From NCBI GenBank assembly GCA_009103225.1, contig RHPI01001037.1, forward strand, positions 434,001-498,000: a stretch of DNA of 64,000 bases, read 5' to 3'. Source of the stretch: Chlorokybus atmophyticus (Eukaryota > Plantae > Mesostigma and Chlorokybus algae). Position numbers and translations under genes: made by a program. A model generated the notes under the pieces. The model saw only the letters and a program-made list of their open reading frames with translations, was not told where the DNA came from and did not search any database. This document shows, piece after piece, positions 12,735-25,210 of this stretch (positions are counted from its first letter, which is position 1; each line of letters opens with the position of its first letter).

Positions 12735-13100
12735 TGGTAGCTTAATCGAGCAGAACGTTTAAAAACTCTGTACTCCTTGATAAAGCTTCCTCTCTTTGTG
12801 ATGTATCATATGTATGGACTGATATGAGCACACCTGTGTTGACAAATGCAAACGGTTGTGTTTTAGTCAATGTTCCATTCTCTGAGTTAGTAACTGCTGT
12901 CAAGCACTTACACGAGTTGCAATTACAACATGCTGTCACTGCATGTGTAGTTATCCCTCGATATCATGGCCCTTGCTCGCGATTGTTGAAAGGGGGAGAA
13001 GTAATTATGCAACTCTCACGCAAGGATACAGGAGCTTCACCGTTGCAAGTGATCTTCATCAAGCCTGCTAACTCACCGCACTCCGACATTAGGTACATTT
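12735..13100 (+). pseudogene. E1 degenerate N6-adenine-methyltransferase-like domain between gag and protease
   Basis: CDVSYVWTDMSTPVLTNANGCVLVNVPFSELVTAVKHL...ACVVIPRYHGPCSRLLKG; NVPF at 12869-12880 sits where the NPPF motif IV is expected; homologous segment in E2. Confidence 0.6.
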
Positions 13101-13112
13101 AATGGTTACTCA

Positions 13113-16100
13113 GTGCCACTCAAATGGAGATTTGAGAGTCAACTTATGGGCACACCATGTACAGCATTAATTGATACTGGTGCAAACCATAACTTTGTTG
13201 AACATGCTTGGGTGAAACGTAATAACATACCTTTCACACCAGTCACGTTGTATGTACGTGCTGCTGGTTCCACCCTCAATGCAATTGGGGAGGTAAAGGG
13301 GCGTTTTGTTATTAACAGCCACAAGACTCGACCAACTTTCATCGTGGTGGATACAGGTATCCTCGGGGTGGATGTTGTTTTGGGTGAACAGTGGCACACC
13401 GAAGCAGGTTTGCAATTGAACTCTCGAGCAAATACGTGCACCCTTCGTAAGGGTAAACGTAAGGTGACGTTAATCGCACCTGTACTCGCACGTGTTGCTC
13501 GCGACAATGTTCCGCTCCTCTCTGCTATGCAACTGAAATTGCAACTGAAATTGCATGCGCAAACGTGAGGAAGTATATTTGATGCACTTAGGACAGGAAG
13601 AGACACCTATTGAACACGCCGTATCTAACCCTGTGGTGCAATCACTACCGGAACAATACGCAGATGTATTTCAGGATGAACTCCCGGAGTTGCCTCCTAA
13701 TAGATACATACATCATACCATTCCGTTGGAAGAGGGGGCAAAGCCACCTTGGCGGCCTATCTATAGGCTAAGTCCCTTAGAACACGCGGAAATGGATAAA
13801 CAGCTCAAAGAGTTATTGAACAAAGGTTTAATAACAAAGAGCATATCTCCTTTAGGTGCACCAATTTTGTTTCTGCCCAAAAAGAATGGCAAGCTACGCA
13901 TGTGTATTGATTACTGTGCGTTGAACAAGGTAACTGTAAAAAACAGATACCCTTTGCCTCGGATTGATGATTTGTTTAATAAGCAGTCAGGTGCAACAGT
14001 GTTCAGCACATTGAATTTGACCAGTGGTTATCATCAAATCAAAATCCACCCGTCGGATATACAAAAAAACTGCATTTCGCACCCCACTATGACACTTTGA
14101 GTATAAAATGTTACCATTTGGGTTATTAATGCACTGGCTACATTTCAAACAGCAATGAACGCGGTATTTGCTGATGAATTGTACAAGTTTGTACTGGTAT
14201 ATCTTGACGACATAATTGTGTTCAGCAAAACCCAGAAGGACCACCACAGGCATGTGGAGTTAGTTCTAGCTAAGTTACGTGAACACAAATTCTATGCCAA
14301 CCTGTCCAAATGCAACTTTGCAAAGGATGAACTACCCTTTTTAGGGCATGTGATTGGCAAAGAAGGATTGAAACCAGATCCCAAAAAGGTGTGTGCGGTG
14401 AAGGATTGGCCACCACCCAAGGATGTACATCAGTTACGTGCTTTCTTGGGGCTAGCCAATTATTTCCGCAAGTTTATGCGAGCATATTCTAGCGTGGCAA
14501 ATCCTTTAACATCTTTACTAAGAAAGGATGTTTAATTTGTGTGGACGGAGGCACACGAGGTTGCTTTTACACGCGTCAAAGATGCATTAACACAAGCCCC
14601 TGTGTTAGCCTTCCCCAACCACACCAAGCCTTCCGTGGTGATCAGTGATGCTTCCACCATCGGGTGTGGGGCAGTCCTTCTACAGGATGACAGACCATGT
14701 GCATATGAAAGCAAAACGTTCATTCCTGCTGAATGTAATTACACAACCACTGAGCAGGAATTGCTCGGGGTGGTGCACGCGCTGCGCACATGGCGTTGCT
14801 ACTTGGAAGGTGTGGAGTTTTCTGTGATTACTAATCACAACCCGCTCACATTCTTTCATATGCAACAAAATCTGTCGAGGCGGCAAGCTAGGTGGAATGA
14901 ATTTATTTCTCGTTTCACTTTCACTTGGCAATACCGTCCGGGTCGCACCAATGTGGCGGATCCACTAAGTCGTAGCCCTACTCTTTTGACACTTACGCGC
15001 TCTCGAAGTACGCGTAATGTACAACATCCTAAAAATCTTAGGAAGGAAGTGTCCACATGCTGTAACTCAGATGATTGGTTTAGCAGTCAAACCAACTTGC
15101 AACAGCTTACTGCTGTTAGCAATCTGTGGTATATTGGGGAGCAGTTGGCAATTCCCACCTCGGGCGACTTGCGTAAGCACTGCTGACATTCAGTGCATGA
15201 CCCGCCGTATGCTGGGCATTTGGGGAAACACAAAACACTCAAAGCTGCGCAACAGTTATACTGGTGGCCGTCAATGTCAGCTGATGTGGATCAATATGTT
15301 CGCACATGTGACGTGTGTCAACGTAATAAGCTACTACGACAAAAACAAGCGGGATTGCTTAAACCGTTGGCAATTCCAGAACAAAAGTGGGATATTGTCA
15401 GTATGGATTTGATTACTGACCTACCTGAAACAGCAGCCAAATACACTGCTATTGTGGTTTTTGTCGACCATTTGACCAAAATGGTGCATTTTGCCCCGTG
15501 TTGCACAACTGTGAGTGCACGGGACTTGGCACATTTATTTGTGTCCACGGTCTTTCGAGTTCACGGTGTACCGCGTGAACTTATCACAGATCGTGATCCT
15601 CGGTTTGTCTCCAAGTTTTGGAGAGAAGTCTGTGAATTGTTGGGGGTAAAACAAAGCATGTCGACTGCTTTCCACCCGCAAACGGACGGACAAACTGAGC
15701 GAGCAAATCAAATATTAGAAGAAATGCTTCGCCACTATGTGGCTCCTAACCATGCTGATTGGGACAGGTACTTGCCAATGGCAGAGTTTGCTGTAAACAA
15801 CGCGTGGCAGGAAAGTGTAAAAGAATCCCCATTTTTCTTGAATTATGGGATTCGCCCGAACACACCAGCGTCATTGCGTGTACCTCGCAATGCCTTGACT
15901 GTACCAGCGGCAAAGGAATTTGCCACTGATATGCAAGAAAATTTGGCTCGAGCTAAGCTATGTCTGTCAGAAGCACAGGACAGGCAAAAAGCTTATGCTG
16001 ATACACATTTATCGCCGACATCGAAGAATGGCCACTTTCGATGTCGGCGATAAATTTTTGCTTAATGCAAAGAACATAACCATCAAAGGTACGGGTGCTC

Positions 16101-16465
16101 GCAAGTTGCTGCCCCAATGGTTAGGTCCTTTCTCTATCACTGATAGAGTTGGTACGCACGCTCATCGACTGCAATTGCCCCCCAGTGTGCGTATACACAA
16201 CGTGTTGCATGTGAACTTGTTGAAACCTTACCGCTCAGATGGTAGAACACAGCCTCCACCACCGCCAGTTGAGGTGGACAGCGAGCTCGTATACGAGGTG
16301 GAAGCTAAATTGAACCATAAGCTAAATGGTCGAGGACGCGCAACTCGCTATTCGGTGAAATGGAAAGGGTATGGCCCAGAACATAACACTTGGGAGCCCG
16401 ACAGGCATCTTACGCACTGCCGCGAGTTGCTTCGAGCTTATTGGGATTCACGTCCTGTCCCATAA
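13113..16465 (+). pseudogene. E1 pol: protease-RT-RNaseH-integrase-chromodomain, frameshifted
   Basis: ORFs 13113-13568, 13555-14100, 14155-14535, 14539-15186, 15193-16053 and 15920-16465; chromodomain YEVEAKLNHK...YSVKWKGYGPEHNTWEP. Confidence 0.95.
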
Positions 16466-16613
16466 AATGTGGGCTGGGTTTTATGACAGACTGGCAGTGC
16501 AGTTTCATTACCACCCTGTCATTTCCTGCTATCTCACTGGTTGCAATTACTCGAAATCAAGCCTGATTAACTTGAATTCAACGAGGACGTTGGAAATTCT
16601 AAGTGGGGGGGAA

Positions 16614-17164
16614 TGTAAAGGGAGCAATAATAATAGGGGTATTATTGCTACCTAAATAACACATTCTGTATGAATAAGTATCTAAATATGCTTATTTATA
16701 CCTCTTTTCTACGGTTCCTCGCTTATTAAAGGCTATGATGCTTAATCATAGCTTAAATAAGTCCCAATGGGTGTAGAACCGCTTATTCAAGCCTATTTAG
16801 TGTCACATTTGATATAATGTGGTCACTATCTCGTTAGGTACCTTACGATAGGTATCTTTCGATAAGTCCCTTATCGATAGGTACCTTATCTGAGCTGTGA
16901 TTGGCTCACGCTAGATTTCCTAACTACCCTATCTGTAGGGTCGATATCTAGTTGTGAGTGAATTATCGCCAGGTATATATTTGATATACTCTTGATGTAA
17001 AAGGTCACATCAAATTGATGTAAAAGGTCACATCAAACTGATGTGAGAGACTTTTCAGTTCTCTGCTCCGTGGCGGCCACGCCGTTGCAAGGCTTGTCAT
17101 AGGCGGTGTGGGTGTTGGGGTAGAGGATTGAAGGGGCATCACCGGCAACGGTGGTGTTGTTACA
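16614..17164 (+). repeat. E1 3' LTR (551 bp)
   Basis: Matches the 5' LTR with about a dozen substitutions plus a 23-bp tandem duplication near 16993-17040. Confidence 0.96.
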
Positions 17165-17169
17165 ATTTG

Positions 17170-19224
17170 CTAGATTGCTATGTATTTAATTTATTAATGC
17201 ACGATAGCATCTTAAGTAAGTTTATATGTTGCTATCATAATACATGTACAACGCATGTAATGTGTTTATCGATGCCATTGTCTTTAGCTGTGATAATTTG
17301 CTATGTTTGTTGCACCATCACGCATTTTTGCAATTTCTATCAGATCTCAATTGAGGCCGTTTGCAAAAATGTATGCTGCATGAAAGTTTATCCGTTAATT
17401 CTGTCAATTTTGTTATAAGTGTATTAAAAGTAACAATAACATTGTTCATGCAGATTTGCAAGTCGACTTTCAACAATGACAAGGCAACTATGTACATGTA
17501 GCGCGTGCATATGCACTCCTTGAAATATGGCTTCAAGTGCGTGGGATCCAAGCAATGTGCCGCACGTGCTATAACATTGTGGACAACTTGCGCGTCGTCA
17601 CGCTTACGGTACGATATTGCGCAACTTAATGCGCTTGGTCGACGATTTCTTCTCAAACGGATGCGCGAATCACGAATTCTTCTCGCTCTGCTTGTGTTTT
17701 CGATATTTGTGCATGTAAGTTGATGTCGCCACGCACCAGATCCACCCACTCACCGGTTGGCAGCGACTCATCTTTATCAACCTGAAGAGATCACGAGCAA
17801 TCACCTCTTGGGCGTGCCGCAAGAGTGGCGGCCACGCTTGCAACACGGGGGTGCTCTTTGGATGTCCCATCAAATGGCAGCGTTATAAAGCTGGAGGATG
17901 TCTTCCATTGCCCATGTACGAGGCTTGCATCGCGATGACGTTATGCAAGTGTACATGAGCATTTTGATTGTAATGTGTTTAGTATTAAGGGGTTGAAGTC
18001 GTGTACCTTTCATTGCGTGAACGCATTGTATGAATACATTCAACACTTCGTTTAAATTCACTTTGTATCTTGAAAACCGCATAGCTGGCGGTGCCAAAAT
18101 TGCACAGGTAATACCAGCAGTATGGTATGATAATGGTATAGCTCTGTTCCATAAACCGCGGTCATTCCTTTACCTTGCAATGCTTCACATGAAGAAAAAT
18201 GTGGTTTGCAAACATATGTAACATATGTAAGAAAACCTTCGAGATTGACTGAATATTCTCGCAAACAACAGCGTAATGGTTAAAGCTGTATCAGCTCAAT
18301 GATGCAAAAATGTAATACGCTTGTGTATCACGTTGAAGCTTCGACATATTCATGCCTTAATAAAAGCACCCGAAGCTTTCGAGTGCTTTGCCACATGGTC
18401 TTTAAGTTTGAAACACAGGCAGTATTAATAATGTAATATCTTGTTTATCTCTAAGCAAACCTGCAATTAATAAAGCATTGGTCCTCTGTTTGCATTAAAA
18501 GTTGTCAAACCCGTAACATATAGTACTAAGGTGAGAAGCATAGCTTTCAAGTGTTGTTAATAGAGGTGGCGCATGCCGTGTCAAGCGGTTGTACAAAGCG
18601 CAAAATACAACATTGAATACTTGGTGGAGTCAAACGTAATGTAAATGAATATATGCGGAAGGTGCAAGCTATTGACCAATTACTTGCGTACTATTACTAT
18701 AATTGAGGTTTACCAAACAACACTGGACTTATGTGCGTGAATGTGCCAGGTCATGGCAAACTCTGTGTGCAATGCACAACACTATGCTTGTGCATAATGA
18801 GCATCATTTCATGCTACAAAATGATGTGTTGTATATCGTATATATGGGCGTGCAGATGTCTTATTCGGGCCCGCAATCATGTAAACTTTTCACATGCCAC
18901 TCTCATGCCAACATACATGAGTATAACAAGCTAGCGGACTGCATTGTATACATGTACACCTTCCCACAGAATGTGCTTCGTGCAACTCTTATGTATGAGC
19001 TTTCCAAGTATAAATGTAATGTGCCATGCTGCAAGTATTGCGCTGCGAGCAACATGGCAAAATCGCCCTGCTTGCGTGTGCGCTAACCAAATGACTAAAG
19101 GTGAAGAATTTATGGTGACCAGCCTAATCAATGAGGGCCCTTATTAAGGCCCCAAGTCCTTTAACACCGATTTGTCCCTTAACGTCCGGATTGATGTTGA
19201 GATCACATAATACCTTCGTGGCAC
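17170..19224. pseudogene. AT-rich island of decayed, intronless ORF fragments of unknown origin; continues at 9660-10048 and 36981-37140 once the TEs are removed
   Basis: Protein-like but stop-riddled frames (17318-17749 -, 17670-17873 -, 17870-18097 -, 18703-19086 +); one frame reads ...HSNLA|NDASDVNIEYDTHILDY across the E1 insertion site. Confidence 0.4.
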
Positions 19225-19229
19225 GCGTC

Positions 19230-19538
19230 TGTAACGCCACCCTATGTTATCAACATTTGTATGTAAGATATCGGCAGCTATGTATTGAATATCAACATAC
19301 TTGTCTTCTTAGACGTCTTTGTCTACAAGATAGTTACATCTACATAATAGACATTTCTAGCCCACAGCAATGTCTGTCTGTTAAACACCTACGTATAAGA
19401 TGTTTACATCTACAATATAGACATAGGTGGCTAACTATTCCACATCAATGCTACCTTGTAGCAGCAAGCATACATGCTTGTTGATTGTCTATCTCACACA
19501 TGTCTAAGCACTTAGAGCATAACTACTAGCCGCGTTAC
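19230..19538 (-). repeat. E2 3' LTR (its terminal TG end is displaced to 20934-20935 by transposon copy A)
   Basis: Homologous to 36555-36975; removing 19539-20934 restores GCGTTACA directly next to the PPT. Confidence 0.85.
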
Positions 19539-20932
19539 CGTCGCAAATTTTACATGGTGACTGACCAGGGACGGAGGGATTGTCAAGTGCCTGACCCCAT
19601 CTGACCCTAACGAACCAAACGACTTGAGCCATAAAGGGACTGAATGAACTGCCGGTGCATGTTGTGGACAATAATAAATTGCCGACCGCCTATCGTACAG
19701 TAAAGTGGATTGTTGCCTACCGATGATGACGTGACAGCAACGTATTTTTACGGCCGACCGCCGGTCATCTAGCTTACGCAACGGCCTACCTATGATGACA
19801 ATATAATTTAATTGAATGTTTTGGCCCATAATGGTGACGAATGATATCGGTGAGTCAAAGTTGTACCGCGGCGGCGACGAACGTTAATTGGCAAGCAAGT
19901 GACCATCCAGTCCCAACTAAGTCACTTAAGAGGGACGAGCGATGGCGGCAAGTACAACAGTGGTACAACAGTTCCATCATAGTACATAATATGGTACTCA
20001 TCACGAGAAAGTATACTGGTGTCGTCGTATCATTAATGGTACGATTGTACCGTAGAAATCAAATTTTAATTTGAAACCGTTGAGCATTTATTTCAAATGC
20101 TCAGCAGCTTCAACAACAGTTGTGCGGCGGCGGCGACAACGGCGGACAGTAGGTAAGTTTGTCCAACGTTGCACTACGCACAACACCGCATGCAGCCTAA
20201 CCACCCTTCTTGTCTTAGGGCGGCCATGCCAGGGCAGGCTAGGCTTGATCAAGCTAGGCCAAACCACGCTAGGCCAAATCAGGCTGCGCGGCAGCGGCGG
20301 CGGTACATGGCAAGCGGCAGGACGTGAGTGTGTATGTTGTGTATGTTCACTGCGCTTGTTTAATTGCCTTGATCGCCTTGTGCTTTTCAGCGCCGGCGGA
20401 AGAGGAGGAACAGCGGCGGCGGAGCTAGAGCGGGCGGTGCAAGAGCGGCAGCTTAGTACAAGGGTAGTAGTACTAGTAGTTGTCGTAGTAGTAGTAGCTC
20501 AGTGTAATTTCCGTTGTAATTTCTTGTTAATATTTTCCAAGCACATTCTTGCAACGATGATCACGTGTGACACCCAATTATGACTGCAAAGGTACACATC
20601 ACCAACGGCTGGTACCTTGTAGGTACCTTAAGGTACCTGACAATTTCGCTCAGTCAGCATACAATCGCGGTACCTAATTGTTAGGTAGCGGTTAGATACT
20701 TGTTACTTAGGCAAAGTCGCCTTATCGTGAGTGAGAGGTCACTTTCAGGTACCTATCAGCTAGGGTCAGTCCTTTTATGCAGACGGCCGCCGACTGATGG
20801 TGACGGCCGTTATACTTAGGTCCGTGTATCGAGAATATAGGTGGACTGAGCCACGACAGTGCAAATGGGTATCCTCAGGTGCACGGCCGCTGCCAATATC
20901 CAGTCTGCCGGCAGGGAAAACATTTTGCAACG
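19539..20932 (+). mobile_element. Non-autonomous DNA transposon, copy A (1.39 kb), short TIR CGTCGCAAA, 2-bp TSD AC
   Basis: Ends CGTCGCAAATTTTACA...AAAACATTTTGCAACG; AC at 19537-19538 and 20933-20934; both ends homologous to copy B; no ORF. Confidence 0.85.
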
Positions 20933-21129
20933 ACACTCCTCTCCACCTACTTTGTAACGGTCTCCGACATATATTTAGTTTGGAAACCAACGAGACATGA
21001 AGGTGGCCAACCTCGATGGTTGCCTCTCGCGAGTGCACTCTAAGTTAGTAGGTTTGGCTTAGGGTTGCACACGTCTTGTGCACATCCAAAAGGGCCTTAT
21101 AGCTACACAAAGGGTAGCTAGGCTTGGGT

Positions 21130-23594
21130 TAGGTGTTCGTTAATTGCAAGGAATTCTTGCATTAACTCTTGGCAATTTGCTAAGTCCTTCTCAAAAACCC
21201 AGGAGTTGTGTTCTACACCATAGCCCTTCCATTGTACAAGGTACTCAGGAGAACGTTTCTACCATGAGGACGGCGTGCCAATATCGCCTCTACCTCATAC
21301 TCCCACTCACCATCCATCAACTCGGGTAGAGGTGGGGGTTGGACTCTACCATCACTTTTGTACTCCCTTAGCAATGATACATGGAACACGTCATGTATAT
21401 TAAAGTGCTCCGGGAGGCGAAGCTTATACGCCACGGCGCCAATGGGACAAAGCACCTCGAAAGGGCCAATCCACTTGTGTGGAAGCTTCTTACTTCCCCG
21501 ACTCTTGATCGTAATGTTTTTCGTGGTAAGCAACACTTGTTGCCCAACACGAAACGCTACTTCCCGGCAATCCTTGTCGGCAAAGTCATTTTGGCGGCCT
21601 TGAGCACTCTCCGTAGCGGCTTTAGCTTTGCTTTGCGCGTCTTCTAGGCGTGCGGCAAGCTCTCCCGCGACCGGTGCCCTTGCCTTCTTTACGGATACCT
21701 TTTCATTAGACGCACAAGGTGGTTTGCCACAGTTCAAGAAGAAGGGACTCTCCTTCACCAATTCCTGATAGACCGAGTTCATGCCGAACTCCACTACATA
21801 AGAAGCTCATCCCAATTGTCTTGGCTTGCCGACACATAGTGCCGCAAGACTTGTTTCAAGTTTCTATTCATCCTCTCCGTTTGCCCGTCACTCAAATGAT
21901 GATATGCGGTGGACATGGATTGCTGAATCCCTACTGTCTAACACACACTTAGTTAGAATGCTCCCGTGAATCTTGAATCTCTATCCAAGACCAACTCCTG
22001 TGGGGGTCCATGAAGCTTAAACACGTTTGCTATGATTAACTTAGCAAACTCAACCGCATTGATCTCCGTCTTACATGCGGCGAAGTGAGCCATCTTGCTC
22101 AACTTGTCTACAAAACAACAATGACCTCGTTGCCATGCTTTGTCTTTGGTAGCTCCATTATTAAGTCCATGCTCACACTCTCCCACATGTCATCGGGCAC
22201 GGGTAGAGGTACAAGCAAGCCACCCTTGCGTGCATTGATGGACTTGTTACGTTGACACGAGTCTCATGTCTTCACATATGCCTCGATGTCACTTGTCATT
22301 AAAGGCCACCAATAGCTTCTTTGCGCAAGCTGATGGTCTTCTTGATGCCGAAGTGCCCTCGGTAGGGAGGGTCATGCATCTCGCTCATGCACGCCACTCG
22401 AAGGCCCGGTTCATCCGGCACCACTACCGCCTCACCCTTGTACCAAAAATTGCCTTATTGCACTAGCTCGGAGTTGTTTAACTCCTTGAACCATTGATTC
22501 ATGAGGTAAGCACTTCATATCGTAGCTTCCAAGCTAATTGGCTCTCTCTTGCTCCCTTTGACCGATTCTAGTCTCGGCATTACTTGTGCTTGCGACTTTA
22601 TCGCCACCGCAACGGTCATATCTTTATTCCTAAAGCTTGAGAGCTTTGCGGGCACTCCACTTGGAGGGGCCGCGACATTAATCCTTCGCGGCCTATACTC
22701 CCATTCAAAGTAAAAGCGCGATAAGAACTCGGCCCACCGTGCTTGCCTTCAAGACAAGTTGGGTTGTTGGGGAAGGTAGATGAGGGGATTGTGGCCGTTT
22801 ACAACCTTGAACTTCACCCCCTCTGAGTAACAACGCCACTTCCACAAGGCGTTTATTACTCAAAGCAAATCTTGCTCGGTGGTGGTGCAGTTGCGCTCGG
22901 CGTCACTAAACTTGCGTGACTCGAAAGCAACGGGATGTCCATCTTGCAACAACACCGCACCGGTGCCGTGCAAGCTGGCATCACTTACCACCTCGAAGGG
23001 TTGAGAGAAGTCCGGCATTTGCAACATTGGTGCATTCACTGATGCATCTTTGATGCCATCAAAGGCGCGTTGTTGTGTCTCCCCCCAACTCCATGTGACC
23101 TCCTTGCTCAACATCTTAGTGAGCGGTGTTGCTTTGGTCGAGTACCCTAGGATGAAGCGCTTAAAGTAGTTGGCTAGGCCTAAAAATGACCGCAAGTCGG
23201 ACACGTTTTTTGATGAAGGCCGTTCCTTCACCACGCCTACTTTTGTAGGGTCGGCCTTGATGGTTCCATTACCAACTACGTGACCAAGGAACAACACCTC
23301 TTCTTCAAAGAAGCGACATTTCTCAGAACTTGTGCTTGCGTAGTGTGTTAAAAACTGTTAGAGTTGGAGGTGCTTAGCATGCTCCTCTTCATTCTCGCTA
23401 TACACCAAAATGTCGTCCAAATAGACGAGCACAAACTTGTTGATGTAGGAAGCAAGGATGTGGTTCATTACCGCTTGAAAAGTAGCAGGTGCATTGGTTA
23501 GACCAAAAGCAACACTTTGTACTGAAAATGGCCTTTTGGTGTCCGAAAAGCAGTTCTCGATATATGTTCTTTAGTGATTTGGATGTATTGATAA
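21130..23594 (-). pseudogene. E2 pol 3' part: RT C-terminal half, RNase H, integrase, chromodomain
   Basis: [81 protein letters not shown]. Confidence 0.92.
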
Positions 23595-25210
23595 CATCGC
23601 AAAATGTTTCCCCCTGCCGGCGGGTTAAATACTGGTAACGGCCGTGCACCTGAGGATACTTACTGTAGACTGTCGTGGCTCAGTCCACCTGTAATCTCGA
23701 TATAAAGACCGAAGTATAACGGGCATCCTCGGCCATTTACACAAAGGGACTGACCTAGACGGACATGTACCTGTCAGGTACTTATCAGTCAAGTAAAAGG
23801 GACTTAACCTAACTAACCGGTATTTGTAAGATACATATCGGTCAAGCAAAGGTGACTTAGCCTAACTAACAGGTATCTGACCGGTACTTATCAGCTAGGT
23901 ACCGGCAACTTTGTGGTAACTGTCCCTAACCGCCAGGTACCTAGTTTTGACTAACGGTACCTTAGAGTACCGTCAGTGATGAGTAGGTACCGCGTTTGTG
24001 TAACATCGACTGTGCAAGACGGCAATCATATGTCACAACCTGATTACATCACAGTCATATACATGTCACCTACACAGTACAAGCCCCACTACTAGCATAC
24101 TACGGTATACTACTACACTACGGTAGTAGTACTACCTACTACACTACAGTCTGCCGCCGCTAAGTCTTGTAATGCCGCTTGCCTGCTGCTTCCGCCCTCC
24201 TAGCCTGGCCGTCCTGAGGAAAGAGGGGCGATCAGCTAGGGCGGTGCAACTCATTATATACACACCACCACCACCACCACCACCACCACCACAACCACAA
24301 CAACAACAACAGCGCACCTGCTGGCGGCCGCCGCCGCCGCCTAGTGGCCGCCCTGCAACACGAAGGGTGGAAGGGCGGTCAGGCTGCGCTGCTGCGCACT
24401 ACACGACAAGACATGCACAAGCACACAAGCACATACCTGCCGCCACCGCCACCGCCGCCGCCGCCGCAGCACAACGCTCAACTGCGCAAGTCAACTTGCA
24501 CAGTTGAGCGTTGTGTTGCGGCTTAGCGTTTGAATTCACAAGGGGGCCGTTGAGTTTGGACAAATCAACGGCTTCCTTTATGACACCATCGTACCTTTAC
24601 AATGGAACTTTTGTACCATCATAATGGTACAAAAGTATCAATATAATGGTACCATTACCATAGTACCATTGTCATGGTACCGCTGTACCATCATGGTACT
24701 GCTGTACCATATGATATGACAATGATACGATGTACCATTGTCTTGAGACGAAACTTCCATCGTATCATACATCGGTACTTGTCCCAACTCACCCCCACCG
24801 CTCGTCCCTCAGTTGGGACTGATAAGTCACTTGCTTGCCATTTTTAATATATTACCGACGCAAAATGCTATACGACTGGCGGTCGATCGTATTAACTATG
24901 TAAATATTCCGTATTATTCGTCGAAATTAGGGGACTGAGAGGTGACCTTATTGCCATAACCGGTAGGTCGCCGCCGCGGGTGCTGTACGACCGGCGGTCG
25001 GCCGTCGACATATATTACAAGCAGGTCATGACAGGCAGGCAGCAGTCCAATATATTGTACGATAGGCCATCGGCCGTTGCTTGTTATCCACAATATATAC
25101 CGGCAGTCCAGTCAGTTCCTTTATGGCCCAAGTCAGGGTTAGGTACGGTCAGGTAGGGTCAGGCACTCGTCAGTCCCTCAATCCCCAGTCACCGTGTAAA
25201 ATTTGCGACG
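23595..25210 (-). mobile_element. Non-autonomous DNA transposon, copy B (1.62 kb), inverted relative to copy A, 2-bp TSD AA
   Basis: Plus-strand ends CATCGCAAAATG...TGTAAAATTTGCGACG; AA at 23593-23594 and 25211-25212; removing it restores the RT motif LDLTAG|YQ.IQIT. Confidence 0.88.

Larger units (their letters stand above)
10049..17164 (+). mobile_element. E1: full-length Ty3/gypsy chromovirus LTR retrotransposon, pseudogenised
   Basis: Paired LTRs with TGTAA...TTACA ends; 5-bp TSD ATTTG at 10044-10048 and 17165-17169; PBS at 10578; PPT AAGTGGGGGGGAA before 16614; gag (FRRGL), protease LIDTGA 13173, RT YLDD 14200-14211, RNase H, integrase (HDPPYAGHLG, CDVC, VSMDLIT, TDGQTER, GPF) and chromodomain. 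Several frameshifts and stops. Confidence 0.97.

Noticed and set aside
24172-24526. Poly-Pro/Gln/Ala ORFs (also 20071-20583)
   Set aside because: Trinucleotide microsatellites in the core of the non-autonomous transposon.
23880-24780. CRISPR-like array in the GTACC-rich DNA
   Set aside because: No constant repeat with unique equal-length spacers, no cas genes, eukaryotic context.
19539-25210. One 5.7-kb element with long TIRs
   Set aside because: The apparent long inverted repeat is two separate copies in opposite orientation, each with its own ends and 2-bp TSD; the flanks of the combined span do not match.
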